Shown: positions 24,028 to 37,834, counted from the whole stretch's first letter. The stretch is 63,951 bases of DNA, filler included, from Albugo candida (GCA_040437565.1; 21 parts of 21 records of this genome joined end to end with filler, not necessarily neighbours in it), one strand, 5' to 3'. Made by a program: numbers and translations. Notes: a model not told the origin generated them from the sequence alone.

Positions 24028-25000
24028 TCACGAAGGAGATTGGTGCCTTACTGTCAAAGCCGAAACAATCATATCTGCAGCGGCTTCCGCGCCGTTCTCG
24101 TGATGCATCGCTTCGGCAATACGTAGAGCTGTGCAGCGATACGGAGGCTGATCGAGCAACAACCTGATAAGCTTTGCGGCGCTTCTACTAGTGAAGCCGC
24201 GACGCCCTACCATCAAACCAGCGCCCATCTGTACGATGCGGCGCGCATGGTCGTTTTGGTCACCCATATGCGGCACGATCAGTTGTGGTTTCCCAGCCCT
24301 GAGTGCCTGACCAGTCGTACCAACACCTCCATGGTGGACGACCGCAGCCGCGCGCGGAAACAGTAGCGAATGGGGTGCGTATCCACAACTGAGTACGTTG
24401 CCGTATTCGGATACGGGAGCGTTCCCTCCAGTCAGCAGGACAGCGCGAGTACCACTTCGTCGCGCAGCCTTGGCTGCCAACGCGTAAAATCTTTCCGCAC
24501 CGCTCACAGCGAACGTACCAAGGGTGAAAACCACAGGTGGCGCCCCGGCAGCCAGAAACGTTTCCAACTCTTGTGGAAGGCATTCCTGGTGACCACTGTA
24601 GCTATCGAAAACCGGAAAACCCACGATACGAGTCTTCGGTCCGGCGTCTGCTGGCAGCGTACCGAGCTGTGACGAATAGCAACAAAGCCTCAGCATTGCT
24701 AACTCCGGAAGGTCAAATAGCTTTCTTGCTCCTGTATGCGGTAGACCGTGCTCGGTTCGCACTTCGTCAATCTTCTGACCGTAAAGGCGATTGAGGATCG
24801 ACCGCATCGACGCATAGACAAGGTGGTTCCACCTGACTCCGATACGACCGCCCCCTCGGTGCGACATCATCCAGAAATCGGGGGTACGCGGAGGGTCATA
24901 ATCCGACAAGATGGCCATTGGCTGGAGGATGACGGAAATGAGAGGAATATTGCGTTTCTCAGCGATGATCGGTGCGGCAATGACAAAGTTCGAAGCGACG
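24028..25000 (-). CDS. GT1 family UDP-glycosyltransferase (RhlB/sterol-GT-like), 5'-truncated
   Basis: AEKRNIPLISVILQP, VFTLGT, and the nucleotide-sugar-binding box YAPHSLLFPRAAAVVHHGGVGTTGQALRAGKPQLIVPHMGDQ. Frame is open to the contig edge. Confidence 0.92.
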
Positions 25001-26386
25001 NNNNNNNNNNNNNNNNNNNNNNNNNNNNNNNNNNNNNNNNNNNNTTAATTAATTAANNNNNNNNNNNNNNNNNNNNNNNNNNNNNNNNNNNNNNNNNNNN
25101 ATTATGTATGGGCTATGCAGTTATTGGATTTGTGTAGGACGATATAAACCTTTATTACCGTTGCGAGTAATATCTCTGCTTGGACTGAAGTTACGCAGCT
25201 GAATGCAAGAATCTTCTGTAGAGAACGGGAGAACTTTAGAAAGAAGTGTAACCAATATACCCTACTAAGTATCTGCTCCAAAACTATCACCTCCGCTTCG
25301 TTTGCGTATAAAAATTGTAAGGCTGAGTGTGTAGAAGTAAAATGATAAGGGGCTGCAGATTTGAAATAGAATCACTATTTTGGGTTATCTGCTTGTTGTT
25401 CGAGTAAAACCTCTTCCTGATGCCAAATGGCCGCTTTGTCTTTTGCTTGAACGCATTTTACGTATGCGAGCACATTGCATATCGCGTTTCCAAGAGCGAT
25501 ATTTCATTTCGAGTTTAACATTGCTGGATTGTATATACCTAAAATCTTCACGACAGCAGACCAAAATTTAAATATTTTCGAGCTCGTAATAGATTTGTCC
25601 GAAAAGAAGGATCATGATGCTAATAGGAGGATCATAAGTTTTCCGTGGCACGCGCCAATTTACAATTTACTGATGAAACTCAACGGGTATTTGGACGAGA
25701 TTTGATGGCGCAAGCTGGTGTTCAACTAGTCAAGAAGAACGAGGGCTTGAAGGGAAGGATTACAAAAACTAAGTTTCCATTCACCTTCTTCTAGAGAAAC
25801 AATAATGGATCCGTCGACCAAGCTTTCTTTCAAAGAGAAGAAATATGGTTCGGCGAACGCGCTTGAAGTTTACCTGCTATGTTAACGTTTCTAGCATGAT
25901 GAAATTGTTCTCCTGGATATTATTGTTTCGGCATTACCTATAATTTACGGCTGCGCCACAATCACATTAGTCCCCTTCACAACTGGAAAATGTATATTTC
26001 TTATTCGTGCAACGAGAACTGATGAGCGTAAGAGTTTTCGACTAAAGTGAAATCATTATCATTTCCCAATAAAGCACAGCACCAAAGTGATGACAACCAA
26101 ATGGTAAGTAACATTTACTTAAGTCCAAAAAACCTCCCATGGAATAAAGCGGCTTCATGAGCAATCAATCAGGCAATACCTTGCTCTCTCAAGTTGATGA
26201 ATTTAATGTCACACAATCATTGCTTGCCTGGTAATTTCCTTTATTTACATTGCCCCAAACTTGTCGTAAAACCGCAACAAAGCTTGCAGTCATTCCATAA
26301 GAAAATGTTCTATACAAATTTCTTCACACCGTTGGGTGAGTGTATTTTGTCGAAAATGCTGCACAGAATGAAAAGTTGCTTCACTG

Positions 26387-26578
26387 AAGGCAGGGACAAA
26401 TAGAAGTAGTCATATCATATATGGCCGTTAGTAGTTCTTCCTACGTCCTTCCATAATCATGAAATCACCGCGTCCGGACAGTCCATAACACAAGGTTTAC
26501 GAAACCACTATTTAGATCCTTGGATCATTTTAGCAAAACGTCCGACGGATGGCAATGTGGAGTCTTAAATTTCCAACA
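26387..26578 (-). repeat. Putative short 3' LTR of the second Copia element
   Basis: Starts TGTTG after the PPT. Candidate end CCTGCCTTCA resembles the CCTGCCAACA end of the first Copia LTR. Confidence 0.4.
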
Positions 26579-28042
26579 CTCCTTCCTCACGGAGCCGTGT
26601 GTTTGTTACATCAATCATGTCCTGATCCTTGATAGTTTCACGTATCAGCGAACATAGTCCCACCGATTGTTGTAGTCGAACAGGGCGAAATGCCTTCGTA
26701 AACATTACAGCCGCCGTCTCTTCGGAGTGTATATAACAGGGCTGTCCGATGCCCCGTGTAGCATAATCTTTGATGAACTTTAGCTTAATGTCGATTTGTC
26801 TCGCTTGCGTCAAACTTTCTTCGTTTTCCATCTAGCGGATAGCTTTTTGATTGTCTATCTTTATCTGCAGAGGTAATTTCACGTTTAATCCCATCTCAAG
26901 AATTAGGTCGCGTTATTCGAGGATCTCTTGATCGGCATGTGAAGCCGACGTGAATTCCGCTTGCATAGTCGATAGCAATATTGATGCTTGCGTCTGGCAC
27001 GTCCAGCCAACACGAAAGATCACTCCGCTTACCGAGTTGCGCCTAATATTGTTCTCTGCAAAGTCCGCATCGCTTGCGCTTGAAAGTTGCACAGTCCTGA
27101 TTTGCTGAACCTTTTCTTGTCCAAGCTGAAACTTGACGTCCTTAGTTCCTTCCAGATACCTGGAAATTCTTTTCCTGAATTGCCAGTCGCTCACCGTAGG
27201 CGCACGGGCTCGACGCGTAGCTCGGTGCAAAGCATGAGCAAGTTTCGGTCGTGTGCATCGAGCCAACATAACAGCGATCTCACGATCGACTGAAACTGTT
27301 CGAGCGATGCTCATCCGACTGGTTCATCCTCGGGTAGAATCGGGTCAGATTCCCGCATGTCGGTATCACGATCGATCCCGATTGGTGTCGTCAGTGGTGC
27401 GCATCTTTCAGACCGAAGTTCACAAGTAGCTTGTCGATCATCGGTTCTTGCGCAATTCTATAACCAAACTCCAAAGGATGAGTAATTCACATCCTAAGAA
27501 ACTTGCTAATGAAGCCCAGGTCTTCGTTCCGGAGCCATACCAATTGTTTAAACACATCACCCACTCGAATGTTCGGTGTCCTGGACACCAGCAAATCGTC
27601 AACATATACTTCGACGAAAGTCTTTCCATCGTGATCCCCTTTGTAGACATGATTCTGTGACACATTGTACGAATCCGACACGAAGTAGTTCTGAATGTAG
27701 AATTTTCGCCCAGAGGAGTCCAGCTTGTTTTAATCTATGAAGGCTGCGCTGAAGTCGAAGCACCACTTGTTTTGTGTGCTGCGCACCACAACGCTGTAGC
27801 TCCATCTCACTCACTTTGATACCTTGTGGAACGTATAGGTAAATGTCCAGAGCCGGTTCAGTGGAGGCCTTGACATACGCATTACGCACGTCCCCATGAC
27901 GCGCAGGTTCACCTCATATCTCAGATAGTGCAAGGATAGCCTTCCCAGTCGTCATGTCCATAATGGCGGCGAATGTTGGTGTATAGGTTTCACCAAACGA
28001 CTGCTCATTCCCGCATGCCACCATCTGTATCTTGTAGCACCC
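26579..28042 (-). mobile_element. Degenerate Ty1/Copia pol (RT-RNase H) with PPT
   Basis: Fragments NAYVKA, LQRSLHRLKQAG, VYVDDLLV, LARCTRP, SDADFA, LSTMQAEF and IDIKLKFIKD. PPT GAGGAAGGAG is followed by TGTTG on the minus strand at 26578. Confidence 0.92.
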
Positions 28043-28142
28043 NNNNNNNNNNNNNNNNNNNNNNNNNNNNNNNNNNNNNNNNNNNNTTAATTAATTAANN
28101 NNNNNNNNNNNNNNNNNNNNNNNNNNNNNNNNNNNNNNNNNN

Positions 28143-30070
28143 AGCTCTAAAGAACATGCTTCCTAGGAATTGGCGTCCGAGATAGAATGGTGGCTGCATT
28201 TAGCTTATTATAAGCTTGGACAATGCACCACTTTCCATTCGGCTTTCTGACACAGAATGTTGGTGTGAAGGAGGAAATTTACTCACACGAATCATTCCAG
28301 CCGCGTGATTTGCAACAAATAACTCGTCAATGACGTCACACTGTTCCCCGGGTACAGGTCACTACCGTTTAGCCGTAACCAAGTCAATTTAATGACAAAC
28401 AACTCTATCAGAAGGCAAAACGGACGGAGGATTGTGACATACCAAGTCCTGGAATTCTTTGTCCAAGGAATAGTACGGATCTATTGGATCTTCCAGGATC
28501 GTTGATCCACTACGGGTTCTAAGTGCTAGCTTCGTGTCGTCAAGAATGGATTCGTCCAAAAAAGAGGATGAGTTCAACTTAACAAGGGTTCGAATGTCCG
28601 CTAACTAGTGGCCAGCCTTTAAGGCTTGTCCGAACTTTGAAAAGATAATTCGTCTATCTCTAACAGAGTGTCCAACGATGGGAGAGCCATAAGGCCGACC
28701 TGACCACTAGCCGAACCAGTCACTCCATTGACAATGCTGTCCAGCTGCTCGCTGGTATCACCATGTGACATAACATACGCTGTGCGTCGCGAAGCCGCCA
28801 TCTGGTGCCGCTGCCGTCTCTTTGAAGACCGTACACCTCATAGAGGCTGAACCATCCTTGTTCCCAAAGTCAACATTTTCTGTAACCTTACTTTGCTCTA
28901 TACGAGATCCGATGTCAATACCGACATCCGATAAAGAGTCAGATAACGCGCGCTCATCATTCAGTAGTGAACGTTTACGTGTCACTCCACGTTCATTAGC
29001 CGCGCATAGCCCTCAATTCCTTGACATCTTGCCAGCAATGTCATTACAGACATTCACTGTGGTGCTATCTCGTCCAGCCTCTCTCGGTGCAATTTTAGGT
29101 TCCACTCTACGCGCATTAATTCTTCATAGCCCAGAATCCCCTGGTATTTCACCAGCAATGTCATTACGGACATTAGGTGTGGTGTCATCACGGCCGACCT
29201 CCCTCTGTGAATTTATACGTGCCACTCCACGCCCATCCTCAGAGCTCAGCTCAGGATGTGTCGGAGCTAGGTCCCCGACCCTATCAGCATTCAGTGACTC
29301 ATCATCACAAAAACGTTCACTTCACGGAGTCCGTGCCGTTTCGCATGCAGTTTTGATCGAACTTCCCAAGAGACTAATGTCGCCAATATTAAAGTAGATC
29401 AACTCAAACATACCAATGTCCAGCACACAGACATCCTCAGTCAGTGGCTCGCGCCCATAGCGTTTCTCTTGCTTAGAAAAAGAGATTTAATGACTCGCCA
29501 AAGCTTCTCTAGGATCATTTCACGTTCCTCCTAACTCTTAGACCTCCAATCAAGCCATGACTCATGGAGCTCTATCCAGGCAATACCTAGAGTGAGATCA
29601 TATCTCGAATCTAGATCAACGACAGGACAAAGCTCAATGCTGTTGATCTCCAAAATTCTCACGCCTAAGTTCAGCGGAATTTTAGGCACGGTGACGCGAG
29701 TTCCAATCGCTAAGCGAACAGAGATCGAATCACCTTCATGCGCTTCAATTGCCTCAGCGTATTGCTGACTCCTTCCAGGAAACGACGTCGAGCTTAATTG
29801 AAAGACGCTCCGGAGTCGATTATAATCCTACATGGTTTATCAAAGCTCTTCACAGTCGCATCTGCGATTAACAAGCCTGGCTTGTATCGACGCTCCCTGC
29901 TAGTAGGCACAGAGCTCTTTGGGACTAAACTCTGCTCACCTCCACGTCGTGGAGGCCCCACAGAACCGAATTCTTCCCAGAGCAGCTCCACGCCCCTACT
30001 GGGAATTCATGTTTCCCGGCGCCATACCAGGTTTTTGGTTAGTAGAGGGTACTCTACTCATATGAGCCTG
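28143..30070 (-). mobile_element. Degenerate Ty3/Gypsy pol 5' region (aspartic protease to RT start)
   Basis: CRIIIDSGASFN protease motif, DPYYSLDKEFQDLVCHNPPSVLPSDR pre-RT motif, and RT remnants near 28150-28330. Many stops and frameshifts. Confidence 0.8.
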
Positions 30071-30099
30071 GCGCTGTGAGTTCTCCATTTGCCGTCTAC

Positions 30100-31084
30100 T
30101 ATGTAACCCGCCAATTTAGTAAAAAATAACTCGAACAGCTCGAACAACAGCTCGACAAACTATTTTCCAACTCTTTCCTCTCGAAAACAATGGTTCAAGT
30201 CGACGAACCGACACAACCCAGGGTGCTAGCGTCCACTTGTAGTGACGTGGAAATCCTCATGAGTCATCCAGCTTTGGCTGCTTGCATGATTATTGATGAG
30301 TCATCATCCCGGTGTGATGACGTTGAAAGAACCTCCAGCCCCAGTGTGACGGTACCGGTACCCGGTAATACCGGTACTACCGGTGTCAGGTATGGTACCG
30401 GTGGTACATGCGGTTTTGTCGTTGCCTCGTCACAGTATGACCAAAAGGCAAATGCAGCTGTGGACGGCACTAAAAGTCCCACTCATGCTGACCTTAAAAA
30501 GTTACAGGAGTACTTGCGTAAGGACCAGGCTCGAGCTAGTGCAAAATTTCGCGTGGCGCTCTCGAAGCCGAAAGCCTTGGATATCGAGGCTATACTGCAG
30601 CTATATGCTGATGGGAAGCATCCGAACTGGTCAGTTTTGTCTGCGAAATTGGAAGCAGCAAGACCTTTGAAATCCGGAAAGCAACCTTCGCGATGGTCTT
30701 GGACACAGGTCATTTCTTGAACCGTACTCCAAATGGGAAAATTATAACCTCCTTCATGCGAGACCATACAAATCCTGTTTTTGAAAGGCTTCTGGCTAGC
30801 ACTGGTCAATCGCTCAGGTATCCAAAATGCCTGGGAGAAACATCCTGGTGATGGTCACCACAGCGGATGCCTGCCAACAGTTGGAGTGTCAGCCGATGAC
30901 TATTCTTGGGGAAAAGAACTTTTTTCGAGAGGTTGATACTCTTCAAACAAAATACTACCTCGATTTTTCGGCTTAGGCGTGGAGGAAGAACGGAACAACA
31001 TTCTCCGTGCTCTTCACCAACTCGGGTGTCAAGTGGTGTATGACACCTTTCGCGAGACGTTTCCAACCAAAGAGGTGGTAATGT
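30100..31084 (+). mobile_element. Possible 5' end / ORF1 of a second (non-LTR?) element, decayed
   Basis: Abrupt switch from the minus-strand Gypsy sequence to a leader with CTCGAACA repeats and a plus-strand ATG ORF (30190-30720) that frameshifts. No diagnostic motif. Confidence 0.3.
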
Positions 31085-32177
31085 NNNNNNNNNNNNNNNN
31101 NNNNNNNNNNNNNNNNNNNNNNNNNNNNTTAATTAATTAANNNNNNNNNNNNNNNNNNNNNNNNNNNNNNNNNNNNNNNNNNNNACTCGTTGGAAATTTC
31201 GAATTGGCAGGATACTTTCGACGTCATGCGATAGAAAAGGACCACACGTCAACCGAGACGGTAAGTATGCAAAGGCTGCGCAGGGATAATGTCTCCTCGG
31301 CGGGCTGTTCTCCGTGTGCGCATACGTAGATGAGGATAGTGAAAATTTTCGTCGCAGAAAAGAATGTGCAGTGATAAAAGTACGTGCACTATTATTTACT
31401 GAAGAGATACAGAGGTTTTGAGCAACTCAACGTATGTGTACAGATTGGCCTATATTATATAATTTGAATACAATTCTCGAAGTAATCCACAGGTAGTAGG
31501 CGTATCGTCTCTCTAGAAAGATCGTTACAGGAAGTCCATTTCAGTTGGTGCAAGTGGCAAGTCCAGTCATTATGTGATCCAGAATTGACTATCCCGTTTA
31601 CTTAAAATGTAAGTCTTCTAAATCAATGCGGTTCGAAATATCCTGATCGCCAACCCTTAAGCCACAAGTCAAGACGATTCCTTTCAAACTTTTTCTTGTT
31701 ACGTGATTTCCACTCTTCGTTGATTTGATATACAGCATCAATCGTCTGATTATTCAATGATCAATTAGACTGACAATTCGTGCAATATCCATGTGTGTGC
31801 GGAACCAAAACCACTTGAAATTGCTTTTGCACCATAGCTATGAGCAAAATGGAAACATCCTGAGCTCTTTTTTTCAGCCAGATTTCTGTCAACGTCTTGC
31901 TAACCGAGTACTATTATCACGCGACATCACTCATGGATAATAATAATAGGATACAAAATTATGATAATACGCCATGGTAGAAGCCGCGCGTAATGTTCGC
32001 AGTGATCAACATGTAATCATTCGCCTCAGTGTCGCGTTGCCCAACTTGAGTCCATCCCGGCCATCTCAAAACACCAAAGTGCAAAACACCGAGTGGTCAA
32101 TATGATGTAGTACGGAATCGGATGTACGTCGCAATTTACTGGAATGTCCTTGTAATCCTATACGATGGAAACGGAGA

Positions 32178-33330
32178 TTGCGAGAACCATGGACACATAA
32201 AGTGACTTTACGGAGAGCTTTACAACGATATGCTAAAATCGAGTGGAATCCTAGTTATCAGATCAGCAAGTATTCCATCCAATGTCGACCACAAAATTTT
32301 AGGATAATCTACATGCGGGTAAGCAATGCCATCCGATCGTCCTTTTTCGATGGTAATTGGACCGGTACGCAAGCGCACTTTGATCGCAATAGTTCCGGTA
32401 ACAAATATAATGGTACTATCCCTCTGTGTGGCAATGGCATAGCCGCATTTCAGCGCGAAATCGCCGCAAAACAGCACATTCAACGTTTCCTCCAAGTCCG
32501 CACGCACGAAAAGCGGATGGCTGCGAGCTTACACGCGCTATCGACGAAATCTTCAAACCATTTTGGCAAATAAATAGAAAGAGAGCCCCTCTGAATCCAC
32601 AGAATCCGCCGTAAATGTGCTACACGCTCCCCAGCAACAATCAAGGACGCGAAAAGCTGGTATTGGACAAGCACAACGACAAGCCGAAGCGCATGTGTCG
32701 TCACTGCAATGACAACTTTACCTCAAACAGATCAAATGGGCACACAATGGACATAAAGTTCAAAAACAGCGGTTCCGACGCGCGTGTGAAGCAAATAGCA
32801 GAAGATCGGGCTGCTAAGGAATCTGACTTCTCATCGTAAAACTTGCGATTTCGCAGGCTTGATGCACACATCATTGACCGATGAATCAATATGAAGAAAA
32901 ACTGCACAAAGGGATGGTTAAGACCCTCCAAAAAGAAGCTCAATCAGACGCAAAGTACCTTAAAGAAGCAGAAGATCTTTTGATTTCCATGAGACGCCCT
33001 ACGTGTTTGGATGTTAATGCTTTTCAATACACGCGATACCAAAAAAGTCGACTGCCTTTTTTCGTGTCATTCGCCATCATTCGTCTTCTAACGCATGGAA
33101 TCTAAACACAAACCTTCCAGGCACATATTGATGCTCAAAATCAGGCTGTTGATGACACAGCTTCCAAGATGCGTGGTCAAGCGGCAATGCAAGTGCTCCA
33201 CGAAAAGCTTCGACATCAACATGGGAGCCAATGGCTACGTGAATGGGATCGACAAAATCACTGCGACATGTTCCAATCATTTGAATCCGACGCACAGGGA
33301 GCCCGCAGTATTGAACGCGGTTTTAAATAA
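32178..33330 (+). pseudogene. Fragmented hypothetical gene
   Basis: Successive same-strand ORF pieces (32178-32573, 32615-32839, 32881-33030, and ~33110-33330 TFQAHIDAQNQ...SIERGFK*). No family recognised. Confidence 0.3.
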
Positions 33331-35759
33331 GCGTTTGGATTCGATGCTGTTGCAGAGATATCACTTGATATCGAGGGTCACCATTATGTGGAGCTTGGAA
33401 CATCGTTTTTTGACTCGGCTTCCTTCGCCGAGTCCGTAACGTTTAGGAACTCCTCTAACGGCTTGAACACTTTAAAAGCGATCTCTCTGAAGCTTCTTCT
33501 CCACCAAATAACGACACGTCAAGCCGGGCTCCTTCCATCACTCCATATTCATTGGCGTCATCCAATTCACCTTACCCACCACTTTGTAAAACTCTTAAAC
33601 AACTCGATATCTTACTACGTAGCGCCTTTACATTGTCCGAGCCTTCAGAAAGCCTTGTCGGTCAGTTACTTCCTCCACTCCACGGCACTTTTCCTGGCTC
33701 GATGTGAGTTAGACGCTAGAGCCGATTCCATCGATAGTAAAGACGTCTTCCAGTTTCGAGGAAGAAGACTCAAACTCGTCAAATACAGACGCCGTCGTTC
33801 TCGATTGTAGAAGACGTTTGATGCAATACAAAAGGCTAAACGTCTGCTTTGGCCATTCGATCTCCATACTCGACGACAAATGATTTGGACATTATGCAAT
33901 TTAATGAAAGTAACTTCTTACTCGTAATCTCGAGGTCGCATATTGAACGTTACGCTTACAGGGATGAGCCATTTCTGGTGATCAAAAGGAGAGCATCATA
34001 AAGATAGTTTTCAAGTTTTCCATAACGCAAAGGAAGTAATGGGAAATTTTATGATGAATATGTAGGGCACGTTTAGGAATTCCATCCATTTGATATGTAA
34101 ACTTTCCTCACNNNNNNNNNNNNNNNNNNNNNNNNNNNNNNNNNNNNNNNNNNNNTTAATTAATTAANNNNNNNNNNNNNNNNNNNNNNNNNNNNNNNNN
34201 NNNNNNNNNNNGGGGGGGGAGAGTATATTTAATTAGCGCAAAAGAAGAATCTAAAAGATGACGAAGAATGTTTCTTGTTAAACATGATGAAATAAATTTT
34301 AAGTTACTTTTATGTTTCAGGTATCACTATTTGCATAATAATGAGGTGTTTAAAATGTTTACATCATAATGGAATTTTCTCTTTAGAAAAACTATGCGTA
34401 ATACCGCTGTATGTTGAACGAATAAAAAACCATTTGTTTGTTAATCTTATTGGGTACGTTGTCATTTCAAACCTTAAATTTGTCAAAAAGCGTGTTGCCA
34501 CTGCCAATCGTAAATGAGTAATATTGGAGTTTGATTCGATGATGTTTACATGAAAACGGTCAATATTAGCCAATGGCTTTAAACAATAGTCTTATTATCA
34601 GCTGGTTGAAACAGCGTATTAAAATGGAAATAATAAATAGGTTTAAAATTATTTTTTATTATATATATAATCCGATGACAGTTAATGATGTAGAAGGTGA
34701 AAATATAATCGAAGGGATGAACTAACAATAACGTATATATGCATTTACATGTACATAAAATATACATAGCCATACAAAATCACGAACCCACACTCATCGC
34801 AAATCATGAAACTCACCTGCAGTACTAATGGATCCTTAACAATATCCAGCAACAAGAATAAAGCAACCGCCACAGTGTGTAAATGATCAAATAGCTGTTC
34901 TTCCTCACCAACAAACGATAACAACTCAGAAGAGGATTTCATTCAAGATAATAAACATAAGCAACTGGTAAACAAGAGCAAAAAGATTAGCACATATAAA
35001 TACCATACAATGATTTAAAGGCGTATTACCGATTGGATCACATCACACAAGAGCAGCGTGCATTGTATACAAGGTCATTATCTTCTACCTGTGTAAGAGA
35101 GTAATTCATTAATAAAAACACGTTAATACTAACTTATGTTATTACCATATAAAAGTAGACTTATAAACCAAACTAATTTTATATATCCAGGTAACAGAGG
35201 AAGCTATACAAACTATAGGTGTAAGTTGGAAGTGATTTAGGCAAAAAGAATATATTATAGTTGTCCTGTTGTTGATACGTATATAACCTCCAAGTGCTTG
35301 ACAAGACAAGCCAAGTAAAAATAAAATTAATGATAAAGATGAGGATAATTTTCAATGAAAGAATTGAAGAGTTGAATAAAAGAAAAAAAAGGAAATAAAT
35401 AAATCTGGGGGTTTTTTTTTTCATTTTTATAGTTTTGCTGTTAATTAAAGTTTTGTATATTTTTATTGTAAACAAATAAGTAGATCGGGTGACACTGCTT
35501 TCCCAGAATTAAAACCCGACTGGAATAAGAGGCAGTCTGGAAGAAATAAAACCGCTGTAAAGTAAAACAAAACTTCAATGTCCAGAAACATGATATCATT
35601 TCTCTAGCCAATGAAACTCGATTTGGCTTTTCTGTACTTGTTTTCATGCGTTTCAATTTTAAAAAGAATAGAGATTTAAAATATAAAAAGTATTTTTACG
35701 ACTATAAATTATTCGCTTCATCTTTTTTTATCTAACAACAATAATTCTTTAACATCACA

Positions 35760-37057
35760 ATGGTTCAAGCAAGAAGAACGACAAGAAATAATAATACAAA
35801 TATGGAAAATGATGTCCCTGAAGAAGAAGGTTTTTCAGTCCTCAATCCATCCTCTTCAAACAGTACTACAAGTACTCCATCAACAAATAATAATGGTAGC
35901 AAAAACTCTGCCAGTTGGAATATGCTTCTTGAAGCATTAAAGACTCATACAAGCACTGAGATATCTGCAGCTGTTAATAATGGTTTAAGACTATCTGCTT
36001 ATAATCAACGTTTTGATGAAATTGCAACAGTTCAAAAGAGTATTATTGAGAAAATGACCGCAGTTGAGCAGAAACTACAAATATTGTCTGACTCAATTCA
36101 AAATGGTGGTAATGGTTATATTCGTCGCAATAACAGCAATGAATCTGGTGATGAAGCAGCAATTATTAATGCTTATTACGTGGAACATGATCACCAAGCA
36201 AGCGTTAACATCTCGGTAAAAATTACTTGACACATATGAATATTATTTTATTGATTTATTGACCTTTTTTTTTAATTGCAAAAGTCTTGGATTAGAGACG
36301 GATTAGAACGTTTGAAAGAAGCCGATAACATAGAATGGAATTTCGAGGAAAACTTCACGTTCTCTGATAACCGCACTATAACGAAACATTTAAAAAAATA
36401 TGTTCTTGATAAAATCGGAAGAGAAACTATTGAAGAACGCTTTGCTGGCTATATTTCTCATAGTGCATTACATGAAAAAATTAGAAACAAGTTTAATAGA
36501 GACAAAACTGAATCCAAACGGTCTCCCGTTGAGCAAAGTAATAGAAAGCGTATATCGAAAATAAAAGCAAGATCTATTACTGTATGTATGACAAAATGTT
36601 ACCTGTATTAATTGTAGTAGATTAACTTTATTTAAATAGAAACTTAAGCGTCGCGTCAGGGCTGCCAACAATTTCGTACATGATTTAAGTACTAAGTATG
36701 GGTCAGACTATTGTACGCTTTTTGGCAGTTACATGTACATGAGTGAAGAAGAAACTGACGAAGAAGAAAATAATTTAGGTGGAAGTGAATTGCCTACCCT
36801 TGTTTCAAAACCGCCATCATATAGAACTGAACTGGTAATAAATATATTTTAAAGCTATTTGTTCCAAACGAAAAATCTAATTTTTTTTAAAGGCAAATGA
36901 CTTTTTTAAAGACGTAGACAGATATGACTCTGAAAGAAGAACAACTCAAGCAAAAAGAGCAAGCAATTATCGCCGAGTTGGAGAACCAGTAGAAGTGGTT
37001 CTTTCTGATGAGCTGATGTCTGGAATTCCATCATGGGCCAAAAAGTCAACCTTGTAA
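35760..37057 (+). CDS. Four-exon protein with a C14orf93/DUF4616-like C-terminal motif; probable DNA-transposon accessory protein
   Basis: ATG at 35760 and three GT-AG introns. Spliced C-terminus YMSEEETDEEE...KPPSYRTELANDFFKDVD...RRVGEP...IPSWAKKSTL*, TAA at 37055-37057. Confidence 0.7.
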
Positions 37058-37834
37058 ACTTTACTTTTCTTCTTTTTTTTTTTTCCTTCTAAAATAAATC
37101 TATATTTCTTGTCAGCCCAATTATAGAGNNNNNNNNNNNNNNNNNNNNNNNNNNNNNNNNNNNNNNNNNNNNTTAATTAATTAANNNNNNNNNNNNNNNN
37201 NNNNNNNNNNNNNNNNNNNNNNNNNNNNATACAATAGCGACTTTCCTTTCAACGTATGTGATGAAGTATATTTTCCTTTTTCAAACTTTTTCAAAGGATG
37301 AATTCTATTTGTTATCCTATAAAAAAAACTAAAAATAGTAGTGTTACACATACCATTATGAGTAGAAAAATGGCAGCAGAAATTCCATCTATGGCATCAA
37401 TTCATCTTTTATCCTCGAATTTAATAATGTATCCTAAGATTTAAATACAAATATACAATTAATACAATGCACAAAAGATATTAAATACGAAAAAATATAA
37501 ATTGCTTGTCTATTTTACCTATAAAAACGCGATTGATTTTTTTATAGCTGAGCCAAGCAGTTGTGATTGGTACTTGATTTTGATTGGTTACCAGATGTGA
37601 GCGATTTATTTATAAAAAATATCCTTTTCTTGCATAAACAAAATGTCTTTCAAATCAAAAGCATCGTAATGCCAAGTCAACTAGTCAATGAAAGAAGATA
37701 ACCTATTAAAATCATTCAAAGGTTTTTAAATAAATAATTTCTATATATGCTATCCCTCTCGTTTCACTATAAATACAATGAAAAATGTTCAAGTTATTAC
37801 CTTTTCAACTTTCACTATAATTTTTTTTTCTATA

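Noticed and set aside
22036..25000. Horizontal transfer of bacterial genes into the eukaryote
   Set aside because: The contig is wholly bacterial in GC and gene packing and is bounded by artificial spacers. No junction with eukaryotic DNA exists.
31185..34111. TnpB/Fanzor or other nuclease in the fragmented ORFs (CRHC, DINMGAN)
   Set aside because: No ordered RuvC I/II/III plus zinc-finger motifs. The DIN-containing frame is probably not the coding frame.
34745..34942. RPB12-like zinc ribbon (CDECGFVILY)
   Set aside because: Only one CxxC is present, the first Cys pair and basic C-terminus are missing, and I could not build a consistent gene model.
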